Assembly: GCA_963924565.1 (NCBI GenBank)
Contig: OZ004615.1
Location: 20,088,001 to 20,152,000, forward strand
Origin: Ascidiella aspersa
Lineage: Eukaryota
Length of the DNA stretch: 64,000 nt
Direction of reading: 5' to 3'
In this document: in pieces, positions 28,466 to 42,912 of the stretch
Layout of the letters: each line of letters starts with the position of its first letter
How positions within the stretch are numbered: the first letter of the stretch is position 1
Notes under the pieces: model-generated
Database searches by the model: none
What the model saw: the letters and a program-made list of their open reading frames with translations, nothing else
Told to the model about the DNA's origin: nothing
Made by a program: the position numbers and the translations under genes

Positions 28466-30273
28466 CTATATGTATTGCTATACAGACAATAAATAATGTA
28501 GAAAATAAAAAATAAAATTAGAAATTACTGCAAATGTTACGTGATGATGCCATGATGCCCGTATAGTTAATGACGATAACCATTTTTTATTTAAAATGTT
28601 CAACAGGTGTTTAGACAGTTGAACAGCCAGTTAGCTTGACAGCGCCCTTATTTGTAGTAGTGCTATTTTGTGAGCTTCGTACCGTAATGAGCGGTTTAAA
28701 GCTATCGGTTAATAATAAAATTAATTTGTTATCACGACGAAAAACTCGCATTATATTAAGTATGCATGGGTTGATTAAAAAAATAATTTTAGGTTACCAC
28801 GTGTTGCACTGAATATGTGAATAATAGAAATCACCTTGACCCTTGCAATCTTGCAATCAGGTTACCACGTGTAGCGATAATGCTTAACGCTTGTTTAAGT
28901 CGCCGTTCAATTCACAAAACGTAAGCTTGAAAATGTTCCAAATGAAATGTAGACAACCTATATCCACATCATTAAAGTCAAAAATGTTAATTATGGTTGT
29001 TCTTCTGGCCAAACGTTGAATAAGCACCTGTGCCCTGTTTTACGTAAGGTTTACGAAATTACATCAAAGTGAAGCGGTCTGATCTGCACTTCGGTGGATT
29101 ATTTCTGATATCAGAAGAAACAACAGCAATAGCATCGTGAAAAATACAGAGACCCCAAAGTGTTAAACATTTTTTTTAAGTTGAATCTTTTTTTTGCTAT
29201 TCTTGTCGGTAAAACAGGGAAAATGGCACTCTGGGGCATCGTAGCTGCGTTCCACAGCGTTTGACCTGGCGCATTCGGGATCTGTCATAAAACAGCAACA
29301 GCATCGCGATTACAACTTTCGGCTAATAACTGAGCCTTCAAAAACGTCGCATCAGGTTCGCACGCGAAAGCAAAGCGGCTCGCGGCCTTTCGGTGCCTGG
29401 AAGACATCGCCGCGCTAATACATTAATGCCATACGCCCGGTGCGATCGGCGGCAATTAAGCGTAAAGGCGGGCGGTATACGGACGGCCGGAATCCGCTAA
29501 AGACCAGTGAAAATCGCCAGATCGTGACCCGCTTACTCTTGCGCGCGCAAAAATACGCCGCGTCCGCCGCCGCTTTGATGTCGTTCTGTACGCGAGCGGA
29601 ACTGATGCGTTTAGCGAACTCGACAGGTGTGCTTATGTGTGTGTGAGTGTGTGTTCCTACATGATACAGGGTGAGGGGTAATTGTTGGTTATATGTGTGT
29701 GCGGGTTTCCGACGTATTAATTTCTGCTTGGGTATACTCGGTAATCAAGAGCCTTGATGTGGATTAGGATGATCGCAATTGGGTACGCGTTGATTCGTTT
29801 CCAATTTCGCGCGACCGCTAGTTTGCCGTACGTTCGACCCTTTAATCGCTTTCCTGTACTGGTGTTTTGGTTTTGGAAAAAGGATATTAACCTGTACGTA
29901 GTATACGAACCAGCATTGAACTTCTGACGCAAATTATAGCCTCTTTTGAGTTTACGAAGGACGTGGCATGTTTAACTCACTACATGAACTTGGAAACTTA
30001 CAAATGTACTGCTGGTGTTTTTATTGGACGGCAATCGTATTTTCTTCTTTATTTACAGTTTTTGTCCAAAATATGCCCATTTTAATGTATTTTTTGTCAA
30101 AAAGCTACGAAACGGTAAATTAGCCCTTTCTATTTCTCTAGTTTAGACTTTCACCGTTTGATCTCTTCTACCTTTTAAAATAAATGCATAAATTTAGCTC
30201 GCATGTGTAGGTAAGTAATGGTGCGAAACCGGTTGCTAGCCAGAGTCGAAGAATTAAAAAAATCGTGTTTATG

Positions 30274-30684
30274 AGTGTTGTAAACAATTCATTTTGAAAT
30301 GACTTATGTCCCAGTCAAGTCATTTGTAAATTAACTGAAATACAAGTCGGGTCTTTTTGAATAAATAACAAGTCAAGGCCCTGTCCAAGTCATCGGTTGC
30401 CCAAGTCAAGTCATAATTAGAGCAAGTCAACTTTAAGTCAAGTCCTTGTGATAAAATGAAACGTTAACTGATAAACTCATCTGACTATACCTCAAAAATT
30501 TGGATAAATAATGCGATTTGAAAAAGAAATGCCTATTGAAATAACTTTTTTTTAACCTAAGTCATTTGTCCGATAGACTTCAGTCAAGTCAAGTCATTTG
30601 GTCAAAATACTTAAGTTAAGTTATCTGAAAACAGTGACTCGAGTGCACTAAGTCAAGTAATAAACTTAAGCCATTATAAAACTG
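30274..30684 (+). mobile_element. Family B MITE (AAGTC-rich; ends AGTGTTGTAA...TTACAACACT), most complete copy
   Basis: Starts AGTGTTGTAAAC, has many (C)AAGTC units, ends CCATTATAAAACTG; collinear with the other copies. Confidence 0.8.
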
Positions 30685-31337
30685 GTGTTTACCATTACTG
30701 ACTCAACAACCACGCAATCTTTAACGCGAATCCTCAAATCGAAACGAGCCATGGTATCGCCCGACTAACGTGCGACCCATTAAAGAACCCGCCGCCAATC
30801 GAATCAGACAATTTTCGACTCTCGATTGGCTTGCATAAGCGAAAAACAAACAAGTCCCCAGGCCGGGCGCATTATTTTAATGTGTCTGGCGCCCATGGTG
30901 GCCGCAACCCGAACGGACGTTGCCGCGAAAGCCGGACAAATGTTTGCGCGCGGTCAGTCGCTGGTCACTTTGTTAGCGTCGCGGAGGAAACGACGTGTCC
31001 AGTCGGTCAGTCGAAAACCGATTCGAGCGCATTTTAGTTGGCGCCGTTTGAGTCCAATGCGACCCGGTAAGAAAACTGTTAAAGGTTTGCCTTTTTTGCC
31101 GATTTTTTTTTGTGAAGTGCTTTGTATTAAAGGCAGGAAAAGGTATATTAAGGGGCATGTAAAATATTTTTAGGTAGTCGTATACAGTTTTACAATGTTT
31201 TGCTTGACTGGCCACGCAGAAATGTTAGAACCGCGCTTTTATTGGAGAATTTTATTTTGTTTCCATTCCACATTCCAAATACATTTTTAGATGCATTTTC
31301 TGGAATGGATTTAAAGTTTTGGGCGATATTAGTTATA

Positions 31338-31432
31338 AGTTGTAGTTAGACGTAGTATGGATACCAAAGCCCATACAGAAGTAGGTATCATTTTGAACGT
31401 TTATAATAACTCTTTATTTATTTTCAATATAT
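31338..31432 (+). mobile_element. Family A repeat, 5'-truncated arm
   Basis: aaagcccatacagaagtaggtatcattttgaacgttt...aataactctttatttattttcaa. Confidence 0.8.
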
Positions 31433-31761
31433 GTTTATTGAACGGTCCTCTGTAGATTAAAAGTGCTTTTGTAAATGTACAGTCTCCCTCCAAAACGACT
31501 CTGAAATTGGCCAGTTACGGATGTCGTCGATATGTGTAACGTCGGTCTGACTCTAACGGCGCACTGGGCACCTGTCAATTCGCTCGCCACAGCGGCCAAT
31601 CATCAATCATTCGCGGTTCACTTCTTTTCCCAGAATCGACGATCGTGGGCCTGTCCTATACGGCCGGCTCTTCTTTACCAGCCTGTTTTTTTTACAGCTG
31701 TGTAAAAACCATAGGGCAGTGGTGGTTCTAGACCTGTTACATCCCATGGACCCCTTTGTCT

Positions 31762-31919
31762 AATAATGATTTGACTGGAACTTGACTTGGGAAACCGATG
31801 GCTCGGACTGGGACTTGGACTTGTCGTTTTTTTGAAAAGAATTTACTTGGATCTAAGTTATTTTACAAAATACTTTACTGGGACTTAAGTCATTTCAAAA
31901 GACTTGTTTACAAAACTGG
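31762..31919 (-). mobile_element. Family B fragment (reverse)
   Basis: cttgacttgggaaaccgatgg...actgggacttaagtcatttcaaaa...tttacaaaactg matches the reverse complement of 30274-30415. Confidence 0.75.
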
Positions 31920-34548
31920 TAAAAAACCATAGGACAGTGGTTCTCAACCATTTCCATCCCGCGGAGCTCTTTGGCCGCCGTTCAAACTCAATTTACCCCT
32001 ACGAAAAATAATATACCTGAAAATTTGTCAATACCAAGAGAGTGCATAACCTCTTGCAAATCGCCAGCACTTTATTCACTGTATTAGTACACAATAATTA
32101 GTTATACACTTTGGTAAATTATATTTCAATGAATACAATATATGCGGTTGTAGTAAATAACAGAGTAGGCCTACGCAGAGCGCTTTGTAAAGTAATAATA
32201 AGAAAGTGTTTACAATTCAGTCAAAGTTTTGTCTCGCTTGCGAGAAATACCTGGTTTGCTTAAATTTTTTTTAAGTGGGCTCTACTCGTAAATTCAATCA
32301 ATATTTCACGCCCAACTGAAACGTGCTTTTTGGGCTAAAATTTCAAATTCCCCCTCCTGAAACTTCGCTGACTTGGTAAAACGCATATTTGTCGACCATG
32401 GCCGTGTAAGTTGGTTTAGGAGCGATAACGATGTAAAGTGTTGCGGTTGCCGCTCTTTCGAGGCTTCGTGTACCGTTTGTCAAACGCATACGCAACACGT
32501 TAGCGCTGATTGAGGAACTTAAACGATTGCTCCTACCGCGTGCGTTTGGGCAATGCACCACGAAGGCCGATGCCCTGCGTTCTGCGAGTTATCGAAGGTG
32601 ACGTTATACTTGTTAAGAATATTGTGGTGAATAATGATACTTTCGTAAGATTAAGGTCACGAAACATCAGTGATTCATTTTATACTTTTTTTTAAAGTTT
32701 ATAGTTCGTCGGAAAAATCTACAAAATGCACATATGGCCTTCCTTTTTTGAATATTGCCACTTAAGGTTGGTAAAAACCGCCGAGTTTTAATTCAGTTCG
32801 AAAAAACTTCAATGAACTTTGCTGGCGAAAAAAATTGGGACTCGCGGTTTGAGAATTGCTTGCAACACGTCAAGGCAATTTTCGCTCTCGGTGTTCCCGA
32901 TGCATTTTTCACTTTCGTCGCGAGAAACCGAGAAAGGTTACAACAATAACCATTGGTCCAGGCTCGCGAAACGGCTCGTGCGAATTTCGCGCCCCCGAAA
33001 TTGCGAGGTAAAAGCACCCGAAATGTGAGGCGTCGTATTTTTCGGCCGCGCCGCTAACGGCCCAAGGTGACAATTTGCGCCCTCCGATAAAGCCCTGGCA
33101 CAATTGAGCCCGAAACGTCAAAAAAATCGCCTGGGGCTTCGGCTACCAGCGCCTGTTCCACGCGCGCGCGACGCGAGAAAGGTGATTCCATTTTTTCCCT
33201 CAAACGCAAACACGCCATTCGGTCCGCGGTGCTCGAAAGCGTTCAATCGATGCGCCTGCCGCCAGCAGTAAGGTTTATGCGCTCTGAACAGCTGTTTTTC
33301 GCTTAGTGTGATGCTGCTGTTTTTGTGTAGAGAGAGCTCGCTCTCGCCCTTTCCCGAGGATTTATTTACCCCGCTTTCGGACTTGGATTAAGGCGCGATT
33401 GCGCGTCGACCGTGAATGAGAAGTGCATCGATTTGCGGTGTTCGGCAAACACGCTGCATTAGCCTTGCTCGCTGGGGTTGCGCTAAGGTTACTGAAGTTT
33501 AAGAACTGTTGGTTGGCAGGTGCAAGCGCAAGTTTGTGTGTTTTACTGTTAGCTCTCAGCTCTACTGCTGTATTTTGCTGTGCTAGTGATTTGAAGTAAA
33601 ATTTAAAGGTTGTTAGACTTCAGTTTATGGAAAATGTCGCTCAAACAGAAAAGTTTGCACTAAACGTAGAGCTAGTTAGTACACCGCTCTCTTACTGTTA
33701 AAAGTTGAACGCAAACTGACAGAAAGCAAACTGACAGAGAACGCCAACTGAACGCTGTTTTAGTGTTTGTTTGGCATCAAGTTAAGGACAACGTAAGCGA
33801 CAAGGAAAGTTAAACGAAGTGACTCATTTCGTTCAAAAAACAGCTTTGAAGCTGCTTTTGGCAGCCTTGTGTGTGCGCATCCTAAAACTCTTTCGTCGTT
33901 GAAGTTTTTTTTGTCCATTTAGCCAGCGTTAAGCACGGTTGGCTGGGCTTGTTTTGCGGCGGCGTCCAGACGGGGTCTTTTCCCGCAAAATACCAGATTT
34001 CCATTAGAGGCCTATCCTGGGCGCTCGCGACAAAATTCCGCGTCGCTACGGCAGGAATGCCAGACCCCCGGGAAAGAGCTGACTGTATTTTGTGGCGCCC
34101 TAATCAGCGGAATTTCTCTTTTTTATCATGTTTTTATTTTATTTTCCACCATGTTTACATAGCATTTTGTAGAGCTGAGAAAATATTATTCCACTTAGTT
34201 AAAAGAGATTTTCCTGGCCTAGGAAACGAACTGAATAAACTTTGCAAATTGCAATGGTAAATATTCCTCCAAAATTGATGGGTAGAAACCTATTGTTGTT
34301 TTATGTGATGTGCTTCGGCCGTATATGCAAATTTCGTGCTGGTTTAGTGATCCAAATCGATTTTAGTCGCGTTAAAAGCAGGGCTTTTTCCTTCACCCTA
34401 ACGCATTTTGGCAAAAAATCTACCCTTTTAGAATTGTCGTCGAAGCAGCATGTTTGAAATTACTCTACCAAAGTAAGCTATCGAGTTTGAGTGCGTTCCA
34501 CACTCTGTGGAATGCTTTTGGGTCGGGGTAATTTCAGGTGAGACATTA

Positions 34549-34747
34549 GTTACTTAATCAGGAATGCCTCGAGTCTCTTTTATCTGCAGCCAAGCGCTAC
34601 CTGGGCGAACTTTTTTACTTATTTTTCGCTCAAAGTGTGATTGCTGATTGTTCGGAGATATTGCTTTATAAAAATCTTAACATGTCATTTCGCCCAGGTA
34701 ACTTGACTGCAGATAAAAGAGACTCTTAGCATTCCTGATTAAGTAAC
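34549..34747. mobile_element. Foldback MITE with ~60-bp terminal inverted repeats
   Basis: GTTACTTAATCAGGAATGC..GAGTCTCTTTTATCTGCAG..TACCTGGGCGAA is mirrored by TTCGCCCAGGTA..CTGCAGATAAAAGAGACTC..GCATTCCTGATTAAGTAAC. Confidence 0.85.
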
Positions 34748-37700
34748 CAACTGTGAAAAAAGTGACCGAAAAGGCATTGAACACAATTTTACCCGCTGAT
34801 GATAAAATAAGTGTTGCTTTTTAACACTTTAAAACAGAAAAATGTGCCCAGCCTGTCTTAATCAGACCGCGCGAATTCCAAAGTCGGCCCAGCCAACCAA
34901 CAAACCAACCAAGCATGATCCATTTCTCTTGGTGGGGTCGCGCCAACGCCGAGATAGGAAAAAAGAGACAGCGAGTTACACAGCCACCGCCAAAGCCAGG
35001 AGACCGACCCCACGTTACTCGCCAAGCAAATTGCCACCTCGAGTGGGTCCGCTATGCACTTACGTAATGCTGCCTGGGTCGGTCGAAAACCAGGGCGCTG
35101 ACATCATGCCGAAAATGCGGCCGGGTGGTTATGGCTGACTCAAGTCCCCGCTATCTTTTCGCTGGTCACGGGGTCGACTGATTTCGTCGTCTCTTGCAAG
35201 ACAAATAGACACCATCTTTTTGTAATCGGATTTCATCCATTTTTTTGCGAATGCTGTATGAGCTTTGTACCACAATTTCGCTTTAAGGGGTCGCAAACTG
35301 GAACGTGACCCTCAATGAAGTGTTGTTTTGGTCAAATTCGCCACTTTTATCCCCGAAAATTGTATTGCCCCCACTAGTAGAGTTTTATGCGTTAAATCCG
35401 TGATTTTTTACCATTTTTTGTAAGGTGTAGAATTCTTAATTTGGGAGGACGATTAATTTAACACAGGTTTAGAGCCTCGTTTTCAACTTCGAATATTTTA
35501 ATCCAACTTTTGTCCAGTTTTTAAACGGCCGCTATACAAGTCTTGACTTTGCAAAAAAACAGAGCAAAACGAGGTACAAATTCGAAATAATCAGCTTCAA
35601 AACTGGCTCTATATTATCCATCCGGGTATTTTAGTGCCTTTTCCTTTAAGAAACGACATGTAAGGCAAAAAGTATAGGAACGCGCGACACCCGCAGTAAT
35701 ACATTCGTCACTCACGAACAGCAGCAGACCCCCCTCACTGAAAACTTCCCTAGCCGGGCGTCGGCAATTTTCGTCGCGGTGGCACTCGCCGAAACGCCGG
35801 GGTTTCCGTATTGTCGCGAAACCTTAGCTTGCCAGCGGAATTCGGTCGCCTCTTGGCATGTTAATCTGCTTTGTGTTTTGCCCGGTCATGTCCAGTCGTC
35901 TCCGTTTGCTTGTGTTCGCTTTGGCTAAATCGGGATGGCATTGGCACGGCAGGTTAAATACTGTTTAGCCTAATCGTTGACTTTAAAGCTTGACTTGACG
36001 AACGGGAAATTTAACTTGGCGCCTTAACAAAAATCTTACGTATGCTGTTCTGCGTAAAGCGATTACCAGAACCGGATGGACAATTGACGTTTTGTGATAA
36101 ATTTGGGGCGTGTTAAGAGAAAGCCCTAAAAATTGTCACGTTTCAGGAATGAGGGTTTTTCGTTACAAAGAGAATTAGTTTCACAGCTAATATACAGCCT
36201 CGTAATGCTTGTTATCTCTAATTTTTGCCTTATTTTTAATTGTACTTTTTATGTAGCTGTCAATAAGGTCAGGCTCGTGAAATCGGTAAAGTGATTTAGA
36301 AAAAAAACTTAATTTCTCCTGTGGGACGGCCTCTTCTTGATTGTATTAGTCATATTTGGGTAGACATCCTTAAATTTACGCTTAATTCATGGTCGAACCA
36401 GCATAGATCTACGCTTTACTGCTGGTCAGCCGCAAGACGCAAGATACACCGGGGCTTTAACTGAATAGAGAAGTGGGCAAACAAGTTAAGTGTTCCCTTA
36501 TCAAGGTACAAGGCGTCCCTAGCAGCAGAAAGTACTAAGCTACCGGCATTGGTAATCTCCCCAGGGCCTTGTAGCTGCGGCAGCATGTGTATTTCGGGGC
36601 TACACAAGTCAAACAAGGTTTAGGTTTTTAAGCAGGACAGGTTTTAGCCAGTTTGTATTGTTTCGATGAGCGTCTTTAACTGCGCCTTTGTGCTTTATTC
36701 CAACACTAGTTCAATATCCGATTTGCCGCTTGGTCGCTATTATATGGCTGGTGAAATCGACATATATAGGATTTAAGAAAGAAATACTATTGCGCGTTTG
36801 GGGGGCAACAGTGTAAATAGACTTGCGTGTAGCGGCAGGCCGCCAGGACATGTAGCCCGGCATTTAAACTGTTCTCAGCGCGCATTACGTAACGCATTCA
36901 CATTGGTATGTTGGCTTTTCCACCGCAGCTTAAAGTGCAGCGGGAAAACGCAAACGAGAATATAAGCCGCGGTTTTGAGACAGCGCGGGAACGCCATATT
37001 TGGTCGAAAGAAAGAGCACCTGTCATTTTTTTCGGAATTGATGCGCAGGAAAGTGTACAGCGGTGGTTGGTGCGTTGCTTACTTTTATAAAAGCAAATCA
37101 AAGCAGTGTTTAGGCCAATGTTTTGAACGGATGTTTGCCGTTTAACCTACGCGTGCGCGCCGGTTTAATTACAAACGGGCGAGCATATTCGCAATCACCA
37201 AAACGGGCGCGTAATTGGCAGCCGTGTTGATTTAGGACGCGGCTTCTAAAAGCCTCTGCTTTGCTGCATCAGTAGCCCCATCTCGCCTTCGTTCAGCCAG
37301 TCAGGTGCTCTCGCGTCTAAGTTTACTAGGGCGAAATCGTCGACTAGTCGTGTCTGTACAGCAGCAGTACACGGGGCTGCAACCCGAAGAGCTGACATTT
37401 TTCGGCTCATCACTTTAATGAGTTGCGTCCGGCGGTCGAGGTCGAGCACTCAAGATAGTGTCGGTCGCGCTGATAACGATTGATGCTGTTTTTGTGAATT
37501 TTGTAAAATTAGTTTTTGGTGAGATGCTTTCTGCTTTCGAAACGGACTCGTCCGTTTAACGATTTTTCGCACCAATTTATAAGCTATTATGTTATTCTTT
37601 GACGAATCACGCTGAGATTTTTTCTATACCCTGAAATCTCAAGTTTACCTTAAAAAGTTGCTTTTAAAATAGGTCCGAATTTGGAGTCCCTGGCCAGTCG

Positions 37701-38424
37701 GTTACTTTTTGGTGTATTGGAAGCATGACGTCATGGCTCATGATACATCGATATTAATCAAAATTTCAGAGTTTGGGGGGTCATACGGGGGGAAGTACAT
37801 CTGTGCCAAAAATATCACATCTACCTAATCGTATGCATGTCAGAAGGTTTTTTTCCACATAGCTCCCCCATAAGTCGCAACCGAAAGTCACGCATAGTAG
37901 ATTATTACCCTGCCTTACTTCCAAATTTTGCCTGGATTTTGCAGAGTCGAAGGTCGACGGGGAGAATTCCGGCTTTCGAAAGGGGAATTCGACAGCTGTA
38001 AATCGACAAAACGTCACGCTGAAACCACCTCGAACCGGCAGACGGTTTGCGCGAAAAATCCGACTTGGACAGTTGGTGAGAAAATTGGCCTGTCACCGCG
38101 CGGCCTCGGATTAGAATCAAGCGCAGCCCGCTGCTGCATTATTTCCCATTAAAAATCGATAAGACCGCGCGCGCCTAATTCGTATTCCCGACAGCGTATA
38201 AGGGCACGGTTGCAATCTGGATCTTTAGAACTTGTTGCTTTGTATAATGGAAACAGAGTGAAGAAAGCCTATATGAGATCATCTTTGGAGTTGTGGTACC
38301 ATACTTGGTCATATACACGAAATACATAATTTTGAGTATAGGTTAGGTATTTGTCCTACTGTTTACGGAGATAATTGGTTCACGTTGTTTTAGCGTTGTG
38401 CTGTATTTTGGCGAACGAAATTCG

Positions 38425-38512
38425 ACGGCCCAGTGTTTTTCTATGCCTTGGTCAGGGTTCGAACCGCCGACCTCAGTATTGCCAGCTTTTGAATAATAAG
38501 CAACTGGCCAAA
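38425..38512 (-). mobile_element. Possible degenerate tRNA-derived SINE head
   Basis: On the - strand, TGGCCAGTTG (A-box-like) is followed ~30 nt later by GAGGTCGGCGGTTCGAACCC (B-box GGTTCGAACC); no intact cloverleaf. Confidence 0.3.
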
Positions 38513-41500
38513 TTTCAGAATGACCCCTCGAACACATAGTGTTCTCACGGCGGAATTCACTGGCAAAGAGGTGATGCTTCTCACAAGAAAGCCGCAACGC
38601 GCAGCAAAGACGGGCGCTGCAAACAAATCGGCCGCCGCCACGTTTTTCCTGGAAACCCGATCCGACCTGTAGCGACGCGGCCGAGTGGAATAGGCATGTG
38701 GCCACTTGGCATGCAGGAGCGGCCTTATAGCTGTCCGTGTCCGAAAGGCGCCGTGTTTGCGTCGTAAACACATCGGCCGACGATATTTGACAGTCGCTCT
38801 CGAACACCAGTTTGCCTCGAGAGAATCTTTTAGGTGTGCTGCTGAGCTGTTTGTGATTTTTGAAATAGTCTAATCGAATTATAAATGGTGGGCATGCATA
38901 CAAGACTGGAAAATCACCATACATTTGATAACTGATATATTGTCGAATTTATCTATTCTACGGCTTGCCATATTGTACGGAAGACAACGCATTAAAATTT
39001 GCCCTATAATTTTTCTGGAAACTTTGTTTACAAAAGGTATGGCGCGATCTTGTTTTATTATTGGCGTGCCACAATCGAATTACAAAAAAAGATTTTTTCT
39101 TGCAAAACGATTACAAGAAAAAGAGAAGACTGCACTGTTATAAGAAATGAGAGAAGATGTCTGATTTGCTAAATCGCGCTAAACTGCCATAAATCTCATG
39201 CGCTTTTGAGGTTTACAGCTGTGTGCCACTGTCGGCTATTTTAATTGCTTGACAGGTAATAACGGCCGCCTCGTATAGCATTTCGTCTTGTCATTGTCCG
39301 GCTTTAAGGTTGTAAATCGTCCCGGGCGCGAAATTAAAACGACAAGCCAGCGCATTCGAGGTTTTGCGATATTGTTAATCGATAGTGCGTCAACTGCGTT
39401 GGGTATAAGCCCTCAATGTTTGCGGAATTTAATCACTACGTTAATCCCTTTTCGGCTGACTGGCCCCTTGCTGATTAAACAGGACCCTGAAAATACTGGG
39501 GGTCGAAAACTGGCCACAAATGTTTAGTGGTTAAGTTGCTCAAACGTGATTTTGTCCACGCCTCTGTTCTGTGGACAGAAAGCCGCCCCCCTTTTTTAAA
39601 TACAAAAACTAAAAAAAAAAATTTTAATAGTTTGCACTTACCTATGCATAGTAAATAATCTTGCATGCCAAATCGTTTTCACATAAACTGTTCTGGGAAA
39701 ATAGTAACAAATTCCATTCAGCACGCGAAACGCCTGTTATTTTTAACAAAGAGGTTTCTACCAAAGCTACTTTGTTGCGGGCGATGAACTCAAGACCCGG
39801 GGTCAGCTACAGCTCCCAAAAAAAAACGACGACTTCGGCCGCATCATCCTATTATAGTCCGTGTCAACTAACCAGCGCCCATGATAGACTTGAAGCTGCC
39901 GCCACCGCCGCTGCCTTGTAAGCTCTTCAATCACGACAGGCTTGTTTGGACGGTCGCGTTGTAATGCACTTGCATTTGGCTTGGCCGGCATATAGGGCCG
40001 CTTTAAAAGAACCAAGGCCACTTTTAAACCACGTTTCTGCGCTCAGGTGTCATTGCAGTGTATTTTTACCGAAAGGTATATGTGTTTGCGGTTAGAAATC
40101 GGTCTCTAGTATAGGTTTTGCCATTTATGGTGCGAAAATATCTCAAAAACGAGGTTGAAGTCCCAAAGCGGCCGCATTTTTTTCGGCTACCGGAATGTGG
40201 GCCGCCTCCTGCCGCCGTGAGTCGTGTTTGCGCCCGCGTAAGCCCGTGTTTGTGTGAGTTCTAGAAGCAGCGCAAGCGGCCCGCGCGCCCCGTTTGAAGC
40301 AAGCCAGGACAAGACGCGGCAAGGCGGCGCTTTCATTTCTGTTGCGACAACACGAATCACACGTCTGGCCGCTTTTTCGCCTGCCTTTGCCCGTTGGTTG
40401 TGAGACGAAAGCGAACCTTTTCCGTGTGTTCCCTTGCAACAGACGGGCGCTGAAGGGTTAGCACCAAGTATGAGCCGGTATTGCTTTGCTGGCGCGCAGT
40501 TTGAACAGCTGAGCAAATTTTAAGGGCAGGGTTGTTGTAAACACTAAGCTGAAAGTGATATGTTTCACCCCTTAAGATGTTCGATACTTCAGGTTTTATT
40601 TTGTCATCGGTAACTAATATTGTAGCTTAAAATTAAAGATCCGATAATCAATGACGTCATCTTAAGGTCAAACGCCAGGTTTATGAAATTAAAACTTGCA
40701 AACGTACTGTTTTCCGCACTGTTACGCTAAACTTAGCGTTTTATACTAGGAAAACGTAATAGGTCCAATTCCGTAGACGATATGCGCATAATTTATGATA
40801 GTATCGGATCAGCACCGATAGTACCACCCTAGTATCGGACGAGTTCCGATAGGACCAACAATCAACATGCGTATCCCATTTGTTATTATCGGAAGCGTAT
40901 TACTGCAATATACACTCGCCTGTTTTATCTACGCCATGACACATTAGCTCATTAACCCCAGAGTAAGTTCTTACTGGGGCCGGGGTAAGTTTAAACGTCG
41001 TGGGCAGCGAAGCGCCGCTAAACGCTTGGCAAGTGTGTATACTCTTCTAGTTTCGGCTTCTGTGTTTTGTGTATACGCGCCCTCCTCGCAAGTACCTCGA
41101 GTGATCTCGGCGCGAGTAAAACACAAGTCGTTCCCACAGGTCTCTGCTCATAGTGTTAATAAAACCTCTGGAACAACGGGTAGCGCAGTTTGACTAAATC
41201 TGCGGACAACTTTGATTTTTCTTTTCTTGTTATTTGATGCATGTTTTGTTTAGGACTTTAGATCTTTTACCTTAATCCGAGAAAAATACTAAATTTGTCT
41301 CTGGCAATTCGAGAAAATACTTCCAGGTTAATGGCATAAATTATGGGTTATGTTGATAACAACAGTTACTAAAGTATTAAAATTGCAACTTTACAGCTAA
41401 TCTATATGTGACCCACATCGCTATGAACGCGTTGATTTTTATTCAAAATATGCTTAAACAAACACCATAGACACGTTATCCGTGAAAGAACGACTGAATT

Positions 41501-42912
41501 TTATGGCTTTGCGGACCCGGTCGTTTTAACGCGCCCTGCGTGCAAACAGGCCACAGAGCGGTTGCGTGTGAAAAAACAAGGCGCAGGCTGTCAGTCGTAA
41601 CGTCGGTGGCGACCTGCGCGCGTCGTGAAAGTATACGAGCTCGTCACTTCGAAAACAGCATTTTTTGCTTGCCTGCTGTTGCCCATTTCGCCCTGCCTGA
41701 GTCGTTTGAAAGCGGCTTGAATGCACGGTGCGAAAGATCGGCCCACGCGCTCGTAAAACGCGACGCAATTGACCTGTCAACGAACTGCGCTCTCAAGTTT
41801 ATGGCCCGCGCCGCGCAGATCGGGCCAGGAGAAATTAAACCGCCCGTATATACCTGCTGTAGTTGAGTTTGTATGCCTGCTGTGAGGACAGGTGGTTTGC
41901 CGTTGTTTTCGCTCAAGCGGCTGGTCAATGCGTCCCGTACGGTTAGAAGGAAGCGTGATATTACGAGCCAGCATAAAATGTAAGAATGAAAGACAAAATT
42001 GGTTTGTCGGATTTTGCAGTAAGTAAGAAAAAATGTAGATAAAGTCAGTGACACTGGGTCAAGCACCTGTATTATTTTAGTGATCTTTTTTAAAACTTAT
42101 TTGTTGTTGTGTCACAACTATGTACACGGAATACTAAACGTATTGTATTTTCCCAGGTTTTCAATGTAAGTAATGTTATGTAAAGTTAGTGATTATTGAT
42201 TTTTTCGAGCAAGGGAACTCTCTTTAAGCTGACATCGAAGAAACGGCATTGGTTAAAATTATCCAACACAACTGGAAATGAGGTTTAACGAGACAAGGAC
42301 AGAACTCGGAATACCCCCACCCAAACACCAAGTAAGTCGAAAAATCTATAATTATATAAAAAAAATCGACTCAATATGGCACCAACGTTTAGCTATTCCA
42401 AGAAGTTGTTTGTTTTTCTCTTTTTATTAAAATTGAAATGGAGCATTACGAAAAAGTACGTATTTCTCATCATGTCTCTCGTTCTACAATAATACCTCGG
42501 GGACCCAGGCATTTGATACATCTGTATCTAACGACGTGCACCTCGAAGCTTGTCATTTGTCCAATTACGTCTGTACGAGGGCAGCGAATGCAATTCTCAG
42601 TATGTCGGGTCACGGGTGTAATGTTACCTCGAAAATTGACCATAACTTTGGTCAAGCCCTGGAGAGTACTGTAAGGTCGAAATTGTCGCGTCGCCAACGC
42701 GCTATATTTGCGCCGCAAAGTTAACCAACTTGTTGAAGCACTTTACTGCTAAACGCCGTATTTGATTGGCCCAGTGTCCATAGAGGTCGTGCGAAGGTCA
42801 GTCGACTGGATAACCGGTCAGTTGACTTTATCGAATCGAAACTTAATTTATTAACACTGTAGCGTCGATTGCACCGAAATTTTTCGCAATACAATTTTTT
42901 ATTACACTAAAC

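Noticed and set aside
28677-28690. TCGTACCGT resembling the start of miR-126
   Set aside because: Only 9 nt match and no complementary hairpin arm
38445-38475. Functional tRNA gene
   Set aside because: B-box present, but acceptor, anticodon and T stems do not pair; kept only as a possible SINE remnant
38343-38924. 193-aa minus-strand ORF
   Set aside because: Spans a GC island and a SINE-like fragment; no protein-like features
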